A stretch of 64,000 bases of DNA from an uncultured delta proteobacterium (GTDB lineage Bacteria > Desulfobacterota > Desulfobacteria > Desulfobacterales > SG8-13), in assembly GCA_963779885.1 (NCBI GenBank), contig CAWAAN010000005.1:20554-84553 (forward strand), read 5' to 3'. The translations under genes were made by a program, and so were the position numbers. Position 1 is the first letter of the stretch, and the number at the start of each line of letters is the position of its first letter. Below the pieces are notes generated by a model. That model ran no database searches, was not told the origin of the DNA, and saw only the letters and a program-made list of their open reading frames with translations. This document shows positions 28,910 to 38,421 of the stretch, one piece after another.

Positions 28910-28943
28910 CTTTTCCCCGATGACCTATCACCCTGCCTGCTCA

Positions 28944-29141
28944 TCAGACAGAGTCCAGTTCTACGTAAGCATCCTTATTCCCGCTCACACGGTCCTTGCG
29001 GGCCTCACGGAGTTGTTTTACTGATTTTTTATCCAAGTCAAGACCCAAAAGTCCTTCTATCTTTTTATAATCTTCCAGCAAGATGACAACTTCTTTGGGA
29101 TCACCATTCTCATCCACAATATACCTTTTATTGATGCGCAT
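28944..29141 (-). CDS. Putative type II antitoxin (orphan)
   Basis: MRINKRYIVDENGDPKEVVILLEDYKKI is typical of RelE-associated antitoxins; low GC. Confidence 0.7.
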   Translation of the reverse strand: MRINKRYIVDENGDPKEVVILLEDYKKIEGLLGLDLDKKSVKQLREARKDRVSGNKDAYVELDSV

Positions 29142-29513
29142 CTTGGTAACTCCCACGCTTAAATGATTCATAGCCTATGCCAGAACTTGGTTTAAACCAA
29201 GACGGGTCGTATAGAACCCTCAACACCATGAGTCAATTTGTCATTAAATTTGCAAAAGGTCTGTTTTATTGCCACCGAATATGCGTTTTTCGGGGTGAAA
29301 TGTATTTTTTTGTTGAATTCAACGTTAAAATCAGGGACGAATACTTGTTTTGGGCTGGCACGACGCGATTCGAGCGTGCTCGAACCCCAGGGAGCGTCGG
29401 GTGCTTGGGCGATATGACGAGACATCGCATCGTTTTTTGGGACCCATTCGGTAGTGTTCAAGGCCATCGGCGCCCTCGCGGCGCGGCCAACAGGCAGGCA
29501 AACAGGGGTCTGG

Positions 29514-30560
29514 ATGAAGAAAAAAGTGATCGGGCTGGCGGTCGTCGTTTTACTCCTCGCGGCGGTGGCCGCAGGGCTCTGGTTCTTTTTGTTTCGGAAC
29601 CAAGAGAAAAACAGGAACGAACTGGTGCTTTACGGCAACGTGGATATCCGTCAGGTGGAACTGGCCTTCAATGCCAGCGAACGCATTGCTAAGATCCTGG
29701 TCAGGGAAGGCGAATTGGTGGAAAAGGGGCAGTTGCTGGCTGTTCTGGACACCGCTCGGCTCCAGCACGATGTGGACCGGGCCACGGCCCAGGTGGCCGC
29801 TCAAAAGGATCAGATCTCCAAGCTGGAGGCCGGCACCCGGGCCGAGGAGATCGGCCGGGCCAGGGCCCAGGTCGAGGCCGCCCAAGCCCAGGCCGACGAT
29901 CTAAATCGAACGTATCGGCGCTTGCGGCCCCTGGCGCAGAAAAACCTGATCGCGCCGGAACAACTCGATCAGGCCAAATCCAAGGCCGATGCCGCCCAGG
30001 CCCAGTTGCAAGCGACCCGGCAGGAGTTGGAGCTGGCCCTGGCTGGCCCCAGAAAAGAAGACATTGCCGCGGCCAAGTCGCAGCTGAGGGCTCTTGAGGC
30101 CGAGCAGGCTCTGGCAGCCCAGAAGTTGGCCGATGCGTCTCTTTTCGCCCCCTCCGACGGCATTATCCAGAACCGCATCCTGGAACCCGGCGATATGGCC
30201 TCCCCCCAGAAAACGGTTCTGACCCTGGCCCTGATCGACCCGCTTTGGATCCGCGCCTACGTTCAGGAAACCGACATCGGCAAATTATTCCCGGGCATGG
30301 CCGCGCGCGTCACCACCGACAGTTTTCCGGATAAGATTTATCCAGCATGGATCGGCTATATTTCGCCGGCGGCCGAGTTCACCCCCAAAACGGTGGAAAC
30401 CCCGGAGTTAAGAACGCGACTCGTCTATCAGGTGCGCGTTTACGTGTGCAACCCCCAAAACGAGTTGCGGCTCGGTATGCCCGCCACCGTGATCATTCCC
30501 CTGGACCAGTCCCGTCCGCCGGACGGCGCCGAAAGCCTGCCCCCCTGCAAGGCCATATGA
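29514..30560 (+). CDS. ybhG: HlyD-family membrane fusion protein (YbhG-like)
   Basis: LYGNVDIRQV, AEFTPKTVETPELRTRLVY. Confidence 0.9.
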   Translation: MKKKVIGLAVVVLLLAAVAAGLWFFLFRNQEKNRNELVLYGNVDIRQVELAFNASERIAKILVREGELVEKGQLLAVLDTARLQHDVDRATAQVAAQKDQISKLEAGTRAEEIGRARAQVEAAQAQADDLNRTYRRLRPLAQKNLIAPEQLDQAKSKADAAQAQLQATRQELELALAGPRKEDIAAAKSQLRALEAEQALAAQKLADASLFAPSDGIIQNRILEPGDMASPQKTVLTLALIDPLWIRAYVQETDIGKLFPGMAARVTTDSFPDKIYPAWIGYISPAAEFTPKTVETPELRTRLVYQVRVYVCNPQNELRLGMPATVIIPLDQSRPPDGAESLPPCKAI

Positions 30561-32374
30561 TGCCGAAGGCCAGTCAGCGAAAGGGCGCGGCGTCGGTCCA
30601 AAACGGCGACCACGATCAGCCGGCCCTGGAATTCAAGGGAGTGTCCAAGTTTTTCGTTCAGGGCAAGCGCCGCATCCCCGCGCTGCAGGACGTCAGTGTC
30701 CGCATCGCCCGCGGGCGTATCACCGGCCTGATCGGGCCGGACGGCGCCGGCAAGACCTCCCTGATGCGCCTGTCGGCCTGTTTGTTGAAACCGGCCGCCG
30801 GCGCGGTGACCGTCCTGGACATCGATGCCCTGGCCGAGCCTCTCAAGGTGCAGGCCAGCATCGGTTACATGCCGCAGCGGTTCGGGCTCTACGAAGATCT
30901 CAGCGTTCAGGAGAATCTCGATCTTTACGCGGACCTGCAGGGGGTGGTCGGGACCGAGCGTCCCGGGCGCTATGCCGAACTCACCCGGTTGACCAATCTG
31001 GGCGCCTTCACCACGCGGTTGGCCGGGCAGCTGTCCGGCGGCATGAAGCAGAAGCTCGGGTTGGCGTGCACGCTGGTGCGTCCGCCGCGCCTGCTGCTGC
31101 TGGACGAACCTACCGTCGGCGTCGATCCGGTCTCGCGCCGGGAACTCTGGAACATCGTCGGCCGACTGGTGGAAACCGAAAAAATGAGCGTGTTCTTGAG
31201 CACCGCGTATCTGGACGAAGCCGAGCGCTGTGACGAGGTGGTGATTCTCCACGAAGGCCGGGTCCTCGGCCAGGGTGCGCCGGCCGATTTCAGGGCGCGG
31301 CAAAAAGGCCGGACCTACACCGTAAAGACCGACAGCCTGAAGAAGCGCGAACTGCAGGAGCGCCTGGCCGACGCCGAAGGCGTGGTGGACGCCGTTATTC
31401 AAGGCGATGCCGTTCGCATGGTAATGGGGGATGAAAAAGCGCCCGAATTCGAGCGCCTGTTGCCCCATGTGCCGCGGGTCGACATCGTGGCCGTGCCGCC
31501 GCGTTTTGAAGACCAATACGTGGCCATGCTCAAAGCCCGTCGCAGCGATGATGCCACCGGCTCCAAGCCTTCTGCGGAAATGGATGTCAGCGTGTCGCCG
31601 GCGGCGGCAAACGAGGCCGTCATCAGGGTCGATCACGTCCGGCGCCGGTTCGGCGACTTTTATGCCGTCAAAAACGTTTCCTTCGAGGTGTTCCAGGGCG
31701 AGGTGTTTGGCCTGCTGGGCGCCAACGGTGCCGGCAAGACCACGACTTTCCGCATGCTGTGCGGGTTGTTGCCGGTCAGCGAGGGGCAGCTGAGCGTGGC
31801 CGGGCGCAACCTGCGGCGGGCGGCGGCCCAGGCCCGGGCTCGCATCGGGTACATGTCGCAGAAATTTTCACTTTACGGCAATCTGAGCGTCCGTCAGAAC
31901 CTGCTGTTTTTCAGCAGTGCGTACGGATTGAGCGGACAGCGGCGCCGCGACCGGATAGACTGGGTCTTGAACCGTTTCGACCTTTCGGAGTTGGCCGATG
32001 CCGTCAGCGGAGACCTGTCGCTTGGTTTCAAACAGCGGCTGGCGTTGGCGGCCGCCCTGATGCACGCGCCGGACATCCTGTTTTTAGACGAGCCCACCTC
32101 CGGGGTGGATCCCATGGCGCGCCGGGAATTCTGGCGTCACATCAATTCGCTGGCGGCCTCCGGTGTCACCGTGCTGGTCACCACGCACTTCATGGAGGAA
32201 GCCGAATACTGTGACCGGCTGGCCATCATGGCGGCCGGAGAAATTCTAGCCATCGGCAGCCCGATCGACATCAAACAAAAAGCCGCCGATCGAAACGGGC
32301 GGTCGGTGCAGACCATGGAGGAGGCGTTTATCGCCCTGATCGAACGGCAGGCGCCACCGGAGTCAGGTTCATGA
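30557..32374 (+). CDS. ybhF: Tandem ABC ATPase (YbhF-like)
   Basis: GPDGAGKT, LSGGMKQKLGLAC; second domain GANGAGKT, LSLGFKQRL. Confidence 0.92.
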   Translation: MMPKASQRKGAASVQNGDHDQPALEFKGVSKFFVQGKRRIPALQDVSVRIARGRITGLIGPDGAGKTSLMRLSACLLKPAAGAVTVLDIDALAEPLKVQASIGYMPQRFGLYEDLSVQENLDLYADLQGVVGTERPGRYAELTRLTNLGAFTTRLAGQLSGGMKQKLGLACTLVRPPRLLLLDEPTVGVDPVSRRELWNIVGRLVETEKMSVFLSTAYLDEAERCDEVVILHEGRVLGQGAPADFRARQKGRTYTVKTDSLKKRELQERLADAEGVVDAVIQGDAVRMVMGDEKAPEFERLLPHVPRVDIVAVPPRFEDQYVAMLKARRSDDATGSKPSAEMDVSVSPAAANEAVIRVDHVRRRFGDFYAVKNVSFEVFQGEVFGLLGANGAGKTTTFRMLCGLLPVSEGQLSVAGRNLRRAAAQARARIGYMSQKFSLYGNLSVRQNLLFFSSAYGLSGQRRRDRIDWVLNRFDLSELADAVSGDLSLGFKQRLALAAALMHAPDILFLDEPTSGVDPMARREFWRHINSLAASGVTVLVTTHFMEEAEYCDRLAIMAAGEILAIGSPIDIKQKAADRNGRSVQTMEEAFIALIERQAPPESGS

Positions 32375-33546
32375 AGACTGCGGCAGACGCCAACCGCCGC
32401 CGGACCGCGGCGCATGAAAACGCCCGCGGCGGCGGGCTGATGCGGCTGCGCGGCCTGGTGCGCAAGGAATTTTTGCAGGTGATCCGGGACCCGAGCAGTA
32501 TTGGCATCGCTTTTCTCATGCCGGTGGTCCTGCTGCTGCTGTTCGGCTTCGGCGTTTCGCTCGATGCCGAACACGTGCCCATCGCCATTGTCGTCGAGCA
32601 GGCCGACGGCGACACGGCCGGCTTCCTGTCGGCTTTCACCAACAACGCCTATTTTGCCCCGGTGGTGATGCCGGACATGCGGCCGGCCGAAGCCGCGATG
32701 ATGGAACACCGCGTGGACGGCATTATTCACCTGCGCGCCAATTTCGCCCGGGACCTGCGGCGGCCGGGTGGCGCGACAGTGCAGGTCATATTGAACGGCG
32801 TCGATGCCAACACCGCCCGGCTGGTGTCCGGTTACGTGGAGGGTGCCTGGCTTACCTGGATGGAGCAGCGCGCGCTGAGCCTTGGAAACCCGCTGCGGCT
32901 TCCCATTCAGGTGGAGCAGCGGGTGTGGTTCAACAGCGCCGTGCGCAGCCGCAATTTCCTGGTTCCCGGCCTGGTCGCGGTGATCATGACCCTCATCGGG
33001 GCCCTTCTGACGGCGCTGGTGGTGGCCCGCGAATGGGAGCGCGGCACCATGGAAGCCCTCATGGTCACGCCCGTGGCCGTGCACGAGATCCTGCTGGGCA
33101 AGCTGGTGCCTTACTTCATCATGGGAATGGGCGGCATGGGCCTTTCGGTTGTCATGGCGGTCTGGCTTTTCGAGGTCCCGCTGACTGGCTCCCTGTGGGT
33201 GTTGACGGCGACTTCGGCCCTGTTCCTGCTGGTGGCCCTGGGAATGGGACTGCTTCTTTCCACGGCGGCCAAAAATCAGTTCGTGGCCGGGCAGGCCGCC
33301 ATCATCGTCACCTTTCTGCCCGCCTTCCTGCTTTCCGGCTTTATTTTCGACATCAACAGCATGCCGCCGGTTGTCCAGGGCCTCACGCATCTGATTGCCG
33401 CCCGTTATTTTGTCTCCATCCTCCAGACCGTTTTTTTGGCCGGCGATGTCTGGTCGGTGATTCTGCCCAATGCAGCGGCTCTGGTGGTGTTTGCCGTGCT
33501 TTTTCTCGGGCTGAGCCGTAAAAAATCACGCAAGCGGCTGGACTAG
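32371..33546 (+). CDS. ybhS: ABC-2 permease (YbhS-like)
   Basis: KEFLQVIRDPSS, AREWERGTMEAL. Confidence 0.9.
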   Translation: MKTAADANRRRTAAHENARGGGLMRLRGLVRKEFLQVIRDPSSIGIAFLMPVVLLLLFGFGVSLDAEHVPIAIVVEQADGDTAGFLSAFTNNAYFAPVVMPDMRPAEAAMMEHRVDGIIHLRANFARDLRRPGGATVQVILNGVDANTARLVSGYVEGAWLTWMEQRALSLGNPLRLPIQVEQRVWFNSAVRSRNFLVPGLVAVIMTLIGALLTALVVAREWERGTMEALMVTPVAVHEILLGKLVPYFIMGMGGMGLSVVMAVWLFEVPLTGSLWVLTATSALFLLVALGMGLLLSTAAKNQFVAGQAAIIVTFLPAFLLSGFIFDINSMPPVVQGLTHLIAARYFVSILQTVFLAGDVWSVILPNAAALVVFAVLFLGLSRKKSRKRLD

Positions 33547-33553
33547 GAGGTTT

Positions 33554-34663
33554 ATGTTCCTGCGCATCGCCGCTCTGGTGCGGAAAGAATTCCTGGCGCT
33601 GATGAAGGACAGGAAGAGCCGTTTCACCATCATCATCCCGCCCATCGTACAGCTGCTGGTTTTCGGCTATGCGGCCACTTTCGACCTGAACAACGTTCCC
33701 TACGCGGTCTATGACGAAGACCACGGTGCCGCGGCCCGCGAATTGCTGAGCCGTTTCAGGGGCTCGCCCAACTTTCAGGAGGTCGTGCAGCTGAGCCGCA
33801 ATGCCGACATCGCCCCGTTGATCGACCGCAAGGGGGCCCTGATGGTGCTCCATATCGGCCCGCAATTCAGCCGGGACCTGTTGACCGGCGGCAGCGCCAC
33901 GCTGCAGGTGATCGTGGACGGCCGCAACTCGAACACGGCCATGATCGCCCTCAATTATGTGCGGGGCATCGTCACCCGCTTTAACCTGGAATGGATCCAG
34001 CGCGCCGGCGGCCCGTCACCGCCGGCCCGCCTGGAGATCCGGGCCTGGTTCAACGCCAACCTGGAGAGCCGCTGGTTTATCGTTCCCGGCATTATCGGCC
34101 TGCTGACGCTGGTGGTCACCCTCCTGGTGACCGCCTTGAGCGTGGCCCGCGAGCGGGAGCAGGGCACCTTCGATCAGTTGCTGGTGACTCCCTTAAGACC
34201 GGTCGAAATCCTGATTGGCAAGGCCCTGCCGGGGTTGATTATCGGAACCGCCGAGGCGACCGTGATCATCCTGATCACCGTCTTCTGGTTCGGCGTGCCG
34301 CTGCGCGGCCACGTCATCACCCTTTATACCGGATTGTTTCTCTTCATTCTTTCGGCGATCGGCATCGGGCTGATGATCTCCTCGCTGGCGGTTACCCAGC
34401 AGCAGGGGCTGATGGGGGCCTTTTTGTTCATGGTGCCGGCCATTATCCTTTCCGGGTTTACCACCCCGATCGCCAACATGCCGGAGGTGGTGCAGAAAAT
34501 CACCCTGCTCAATCCGCTGCGGTATTTCATGGTGGTGATCCGGGGCGTGTTCCTGGAAAACACACCCTTTCATCTGCTACTGTCCCAATTCTGGCCGATG
34601 GCCATCATCGGTTTCATTAATCTGATGGCCGCCGGATGGTTATTTCGTCACCGCATCAACTGA
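33554..34663 (+). CDS. ybhR: ABC-2 permease (YbhR-like)
   Basis: AREREQGTFDQLLVTPL, LSGFTTPIANMP. Confidence 0.9.
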   Translation: MFLRIAALVRKEFLALMKDRKSRFTIIIPPIVQLLVFGYAATFDLNNVPYAVYDEDHGAAARELLSRFRGSPNFQEVVQLSRNADIAPLIDRKGALMVLHIGPQFSRDLLTGGSATLQVIVDGRNSNTAMIALNYVRGIVTRFNLEWIQRAGGPSPPARLEIRAWFNANLESRWFIVPGIIGLLTLVVTLLVTALSVAREREQGTFDQLLVTPLRPVEILIGKALPGLIIGTAEATVIILITVFWFGVPLRGHVITLYTGLFLFILSAIGIGLMISSLAVTQQQGLMGAFLFMVPAIILSGFTTPIANMPEVVQKITLLNPLRYFMVVIRGVFLENTPFHLLLSQFWPMAIIGFINLMAAGWLFRHRIN

Positions 34664-34665
34664 TA

Positions 34666-34716
34666 TTAACGGTCTGCTCCAGTGTGGAAGAGCCTCACCC
34701 TGGAGCAGACCGTTAA
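34666..34716. terminator. Bidirectional hairpin between convergent genes
   Basis: Perfect 17-bp stem TTAACGGTCTGCTCCAG / CTGGAGCAGACCGTTAA. Confidence 0.8.
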
Positions 34717-34725
34717 ATATTCATA

Positions 34726-36561
34726 TTAGAAAACAATGCTGCCGGCGGCGGCTACCGCCGCTGCGGTAATCAGATGAAACAAAAAGGGGGGCAGAAGGCT
34801 CTGTGAGCGTTCCCTTACCAGACCGGCGGCGATACCGAAAGCGAACGCGCTGAAGATATTGGCAGTGGTCCAGCCGGTGAACGCTGCGGTCAGCGAGCCG
34901 GAGGAGAGCAGCAGCCGGTAGCTGATGTAGACCGCGTACAGAAAAGCCGAGCCGACCGTCGGCCACGACAGAAACCAGCGGCTGCTGGTATGCTGGACAC
35001 GGATGGAGCGGGCCAGCTGCCCGTGCACCAGTCCGCGGAACAGCAACTCAATCGCCAGCGGCAAGATGACGACCAGGTAAAGTATTTTGTGAAAAAGCGT
35101 CACGTTCCAGCCGGAGATGTCCGGCTGCCAAATGCCGCCCAGGAAACCGAACAGGACGGCAACGGGCAGTATCAGCCACCAGGAAGAGCCCATGGGGAGC
35201 GTCAAACCGTATTGCCAGGACTTTTTGTAAGACAGGATCGTCAGAAACACAGCAGTCAGGGCCATCACGATGAGCGTGGCGGCAACAGCGGGGTAAGGGG
35301 CCAGGGCGAAGGGAATTTTGGCGACCCAAGGGCCTGGATGCCAGAAAAGCCGTAAAATCTCAGCCGGGGCCAGGATTATCGCCGCGAGCAGGGTGGTATT
35401 CAACAAGCCGGCGGCTTGCCGCTGGATGCTCGGCTTCTGCAGCGCGTCGCGGCAGGCCTGGGCGATTTCTCCGGGATTCAGGCTCGTTCCGGTCGCCCGC
35501 GGCGACCCGCCGATGTCGGCCGAGCCGCCCCAGCGGTTGTTTTCGGAGCGCGCCTTGACGGCCGGGTCGATGAAGTTCAATCTTTCGTAAACCGGCTGGA
35601 GGTCACCCGGCATGAACAAATCCATGCGCCGCAGGGTGTAGGCGCCCGGGCTCCGCTGCAGCACCACCAGACCAAGCCGGCTGCCATAGAGGTTGTTGAG
35701 GTGGGGTTCGAGTTCGTAAATGCCGGTGTCCGATTCCACCACCACCACGAGCCGATCGTTGGAGAGGTCGAAGCGCGCCAGTTCCTTTATGCCTTTGAAA
35801 TCGGTGAATTCGTTTGATTTGTAGATGATGCGGTCGATCTTGTGCAGAATCGATGCGGTATAGTCAAGAAAATCGACCTCGCCCCACAACCCGTCTTTTT
35901 TCAGTTGGGTTTCGTCCTTGCGCAGAAAATCGATGACCCGCTGGGTCCGGCGAAGATGCTCCGGCGGCAGGGCGCTGAATTCCTTCAACTCCAATCCCAG
36001 AGCGTCGATAGCGCCTTCGAGCCGGACCAGGGCATACAGCAATCGCAGGTGCATCGGCTCCTTGCGGCTGATGCGCTGATGGTTGAAGATCAGCCATATC
36101 GCCAGAATCGTGTCCAGGTCGGGGTCGTTGGCGTGGATCTGCCATTCACGGTCGCGCAGGTCCAGCCCTTTGAGAATCATGACCAGCGCCTGCTCGCAAG
36201 TGGACAGGGTAAAGGCCCTCACGCAGCCCTCGTGATGGTCGAGATTGTAGATTTTTTTTTCGTGATCGAGGAACGGCTCACCCTGGGCGACGCCGTCCAG
36301 GTAGATGGTCCCGGCCGGCGCCTTGCGCGCCGTGGCGGCCGAGACTGTCAGGCCGGCTTGGATCAAAACGGTCAGGTTCGGCGCTTCGAGGCACGTCAGC
36401 ACCTTCTTGTCCCCGAGGTCCTTGACCACATAGCGCTGCGGCAGTTCGGACGCGGGGGCCGGTGCTTCCGCCGGCTGGCCGCCGACCGCGGCTGTTTTCC
36501 CCGCCAGGGGAACTTGGTTGCTGGATGGCGGGTTTTTGACTACTTTTGCGGCGTCTTCCAT
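34726..36561 (-). CDS. DHH-like domain fused to a CPBP (CAAX protease/Abi)-like membrane domain
   Basis: YLDG, LDHH, HANDPDLD, WGGSADIGGSP; C-terminal multi-TM region with IELLFRG and RERSQSLLPPFLFH. Confidence 0.75.
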   Translation of the reverse strand: MEDAAKVVKNPPSSNQVPLAGKTAAVGGQPAEAPAPASELPQRYVVKDLGDKKVLTCLEAPNLTVLIQAGLTVSAATARKAPAGTIYLDGVAQGEPFLDHEKKIYNLDHHEGCVRAFTLSTCEQALVMILKGLDLRDREWQIHANDPDLDTILAIWLIFNHQRISRKEPMHLRLLYALVRLEGAIDALGLELKEFSALPPEHLRRTQRVIDFLRKDETQLKKDGLWGEVDFLDYTASILHKIDRIIYKSNEFTDFKGIKELARFDLSNDRLVVVVESDTGIYELEPHLNNLYGSRLGLVVLQRSPGAYTLRRMDLFMPGDLQPVYERLNFIDPAVKARSENNRWGGSADIGGSPRATGTSLNPGEIAQACRDALQKPSIQRQAAGLLNTTLLAAIILAPAEILRLFWHPGPWVAKIPFALAPYPAVAATLIVMALTAVFLTILSYKKSWQYGLTLPMGSSWWLILPVAVLFGFLGGIWQPDISGWNVTLFHKILYLVVILPLAIELLFRGLVHGQLARSIRVQHTSSRWFLSWPTVGSAFLYAVYISYRLLLSSGSLTAAFTGWTTANIFSAFAFGIAAGLVRERSQSLLPPFLFHLITAAAVAAAGSIVF

Positions 36562-36922
36562 GAACCCAACATTGGCCTCACACTGTTTTCGGGCGACGAA
36601 TCCTTAGCCGTCAGGCCCGTTTTTTTATGGTGGCGGCCCTGATTCATAACAGTCAACACACCGGCGGTCAAGCAGGCCATCGGCCCGTTTCTGCGGTAGG
36701 CCGGTTGACAACTCATGGGGTCATCACCTAATCTTCCCCCCACAACGCCCATGTTACTGCCAGCGGCCACGGTGTATGAGAATATATGTCCATACAAGAC
36801 AGACGAACGCCGAACATCAAACGAACGGTGAATAAGGCCGGCCGCCATTTTTTAATCCGGCGGCCGAAGCGCAGAGACCTTTATTATTCGATGGTCGAAA
36901 TCTATTTTTCGGAGGCCAAGAC

Positions 36923-37501
36923 ATGAAAACATTGATCTACAAATTCTTGATCTTACTGGTTGTCGCCCAGTCGGCTGCGGCGGCGGATATAGCCCCGGCC
37001 AATCCCCGGGTGGCGCTGGAAACAACCAAGGGCCGCATGGTGATCGAGCTTTTCCCGCGCGAGGCGCCCGCCGCCGTGAAGAACTTTTTATCTTACGTGG
37101 AGGCCGGTTTCTACGACGGCACCGTTTTTCACCGGGTGATACCCGGCTTCATGATCCAGGGCGGCGGTCTGACGGCGGATCTGCAGAAAAAACCGACCGA
37201 AAAGCCGGTGGCCAACGAAGCCGACAACGGCCTTAAAAACACGCGCGGTACGGTGGCCATGGCCCGGACCGCGGATCCCCACAGCGCCACGAGCCAATTT
37301 TTCATCAATACCGCCGATAACGAGTTCCTGAACCACCGCGGCAAAACCTCGCAGGGCTGGGGCTATGCCGTCTTCGGGCGGATTGCGGAGGGAATGGCGG
37401 TCGTCGATGCGATTTCGAGCGTCAAGACCAGTACCTCCGGGATGTTCCAGGATGTGCCGACCGAACCCGTGGTGATTAAGACGGCGCGGCGGGTGAAGTA
37501 G
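36923..37501 (+). CDS. ppiA: Exported cyclophilin-type peptidyl-prolyl isomerase
   Basis: Signal peptide, FHRVIPGFMIQGGG, HSATSQFFIN, GYAVFG. Confidence 0.93.
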   Translation: MKTLIYKFLILLVVAQSAAAADIAPANPRVALETTKGRMVIELFPREAPAAVKNFLSYVEAGFYDGTVFHRVIPGFMIQGGGLTADLQKKPTEKPVANEADNGLKNTRGTVAMARTADPHSATSQFFINTADNEFLNHRGKTSQGWGYAVFGRIAEGMAVVDAISSVKTSTSGMFQDVPTEPVVIKTARRVK

Positions 37502-37504
37502 TAT

Positions 37505-37607
37505 TATAGGCTTTAAGATAAAGGTTTTGGCTGTGTTATCGGTCGTTGGCGTTACAATACAGCCGCCGCCCTCTATCCTCGCCGAAACCTTTATCTTAAA
37601 GCCTATA
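37505..37607. repeat. 103-bp MITE-like element (family A, copy 2, inverted)
   Basis: TATAGGCTTTAAGATAAAGGTTTTGGC ... GCCGAAACCTTTATCTTAAAGCCTATA; core resembles the reverse complement of copy 1. Confidence 0.85.
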
Positions 37608-37717
37608 GCTGCAGGATAGAGGCCGATGGGGCGTTATACCGGACCCCTCGTCCGACGGGCATTCGCCCGGCTTTCGGCAGCAGCCACCGGACCTTGCGGC
37701 CGAAAAGCGCCGGTGAG

Positions 37718-38317
37718 TTAAGCGTCCGGCTCGGGCGGCTCGAGGATCTTTTGCAGTTCGAGGGCCAGGTCGATGGCTTCCATTTGCGCCTCCATGCCGT
37801 CAGGCGATACGGGCAATACCGCAAAAATTCTTTTTTCCTGGAGATTCGATATCTCCCACAGCCAGCGCAGGCGGGCGTAGTATTCGGGTGTGGACCCGTA
37901 TCGTTTCAGGATGTAAGCCATTCTTTCGTCCAGACTGACGATGCGGTCGTGCAGGACGCGTTTGTCGGCGTAATTGACGATTTCGGCTTCCGACGGCGTG
38001 TCGCTCTCGAAGTAGGTGTCCAGCTTGACATGCTGCCGGATAATGTCCCCCACTTCCGCGAAGCCGCAGTCGACCAGCAGGTCACAGCCGCTTTCGGAAT
38101 GCTTTTCTCCGGTCGTCAAGCTGCGGGTCTTGGTGATGTCGTGCAGCAGCGCCGCCGCCTCGACCAGATCGCGGTTGAGCGGGCGGCCCTTCCAGGCGAG
38201 CTGTCGTACCAGCCAGTCGGCCACGCGGCTGACTTGCAAGGAATGCCGCACGATATTTTCCAGCATGGCCATTTCGCGCATGAGCCGGTAACAGGTTTCT
38301 CGAGACGGGATCCTCAT
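37718..38317 (-). CDS. HD-domain metal-dependent phosphohydrolase
   Basis: RHSLQV, AALLHDITK, IIRQHV, YADKRV. Confidence 0.9.
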   Translation of the reverse strand: MRIPSRETCYRLMREMAMLENIVRHSLQVSRVADWLVRQLAWKGRPLNRDLVEAAALLHDITKTRSLTTGEKHSESGCDLLVDCGFAEVGDIIRQHVKLDTYFESDTPSEAEIVNYADKRVLHDRIVSLDERMAYILKRYGSTPEYYARLRWLWEISNLQEKRIFAVLPVSPDGMEAQMEAIDLALELQKILEPPEPDA

Positions 38318-38421
38318 CCGGGCTCCTTAAACCGCAGCGCCGTAAAAACGGCATGTTTGCCCACTGCCTCCTTACGGCGTATACACGTTAACGAGTAAAA
38401 TATCAACCGGAGGTGACGTCG

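Noticed and set aside
29356-29372. TGGCAC as a sigma54 promoter
   Set aside because: No TTGC at the required -12 spacing.
29177-29692. 171-aa and 91-aa ORFs upstream of ybhG
   Set aside because: AT-rich promoter-like region, no motifs, overlaps ybhG out of frame; a regulator remnant could not be supported.
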